From Takakia lepidozioides (lineage: Eukaryota > Plantae > Bryophyta): DNA of 64,000 bases. Shown piece after piece: positions 63,022 to 64,000 of this stretch. A program made the position numbers and the translations under genes. The stretch is taken from assembly GCA_030704615.1 (NCBI GenBank), contig CM060733.1, forward strand, positions 25,420,001-25,484,000, given 5' to 3'. The notes under the pieces are model-generated. The model saw nothing but the letters and a program-made list of their open reading frames with translations. It searched no databases and was not told the origin of the DNA. Within the stretch, counting starts at the first letter, position 1. Each line of letters begins with the position of its first letter.

Positions 63022-64000
63022 CTAACTCATTAATAATACTGAACCTCCTCCCAAACAGCTCACAGTCAAGGCATGTGTCCGAAGACGCCTCCGGTTACCA
63101 CAGCCACTTGCAACAGTCTCCGCTCCAGAGGACACGGAGATACTTTCAGGAAGGTGAAACCGGCTGACATTGTCATCTGAAATGTTACTGCCAACTCTAC
63201 TTGATGCCCTTGAAGCCTCCCGGCACGCCAGCCATTCTTCCCAATCACGCAGCTGTTGTTCCTCTTTTATAATTTGTTCCTTGAATGTAACTGGGGACAA
63301 GCAATGGAAATGACAAATGTTAGGCCCAAAGTGGAAATTTTGCATATGGATATGTTGAGGTAAGAGTGCAAATGCAGCTGCAAAAGAATTGGAAAATCAA
63401 ATTATGAACAAACAACAGAACAGTGGGATCCACGTGCCTACCAAGGTAATTAAGTTCCTTTTGTTGTGGGATCCAAATATGAGGATCAAGATATCTTCCA
63501 TACCAGGCCGAACAGGCATGGTCTCGACCAATAGGCTTATGAGAACACTTTGTCCGGTTCTCGCTAATGTAATCAATGACTGTTGAAGCTCCAGCCATCT
63601 CCGATATATATGGTCACACTGCTTTTGTCATATCATCCCGGTCATGCAATACGTTTGGTATAGGCTTGAATGAGAAAGGGAAAAATCCAGTATTTTGTGG
63701 GTTTCGCAGGCCTTTTGATGGCTCATCATCTACAAGAAGTATTTTGCCCCTGCGTAACAAATGGTCTACCAGGGTACCTGACAATAACACTTCTAATATC
63801 CTTCACAAGATATTTCATCCCGGGCCTGATATAACCGGTGGTATCCTTACAATCCTCAGCAGACCATATGAAGCAAAACTTCTTCGCTATTTTCGTGGGG
63901 ACGAAGCTCTCCAACATCCTACAAAGAACACCTCTATCAGCACATGACCAAATGGCCACGTGAAAATGCTTCAATGCAAGGTCCAGAAACTCCAAGACTC
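63022..64000 (-). pseudogene. NIF/FCP1-like HAD phosphatase-domain gene, disrupted; runs off the window edge
   Basis: EFLDLALKHFHVAIWS..FIWSAEDC..LVKDI, then after a frameshift near 63740 LLVDDEPSKGLRNPQNTGFFP. In-frame TGA at ~63615. Probable downstream exon ~63022-63290. Confidence 0.7.

Overview
Eukaryotic nuclear DNA (GT-AG introns) from a seedless land plant, probably a bryophyte or lycophyte. That assignment is inferred from a flagellar CFAP57-like gene plus PLS-DYW PPR genes. The window is built on a tandem segmental duplication of an isocitrate lyase (ICL, +) and ABCB/P-glycoprotein (-) gene pair, at about 8.2-19.7 kb and 37.9-52.0 kb. ICL copy 1 keeps the native promoter and the peroxisomal PTS1 (SKM>) but has a +2 frameshift. 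ICL copy 2 has an open catalytic frame but lost its PTS1 to a 1-nt insertion and lost its native promoter. ABCB copy 1 is a frameshifted, 3'-deleted pseudogene; copy 2 is an apparently intact 14-exon, ~1324-aa gene. Between the duplicates lie a CACTA-type repeat region with a PPR fragment and a 7.4-kb cassette bounded by inverted repeats that holds two convergent, 5'-truncated DYW-PPR pseudogenes, one in frame with a zinc-finger ORF. The rest is TE debris (LINE, tRNA-derived SINEs, Copia, Gypsy, hAT, CACTA), tandem repeats and a NIF/FCP1-like pseudogene at the right edge. All alignments were done by eye; no searches were run.
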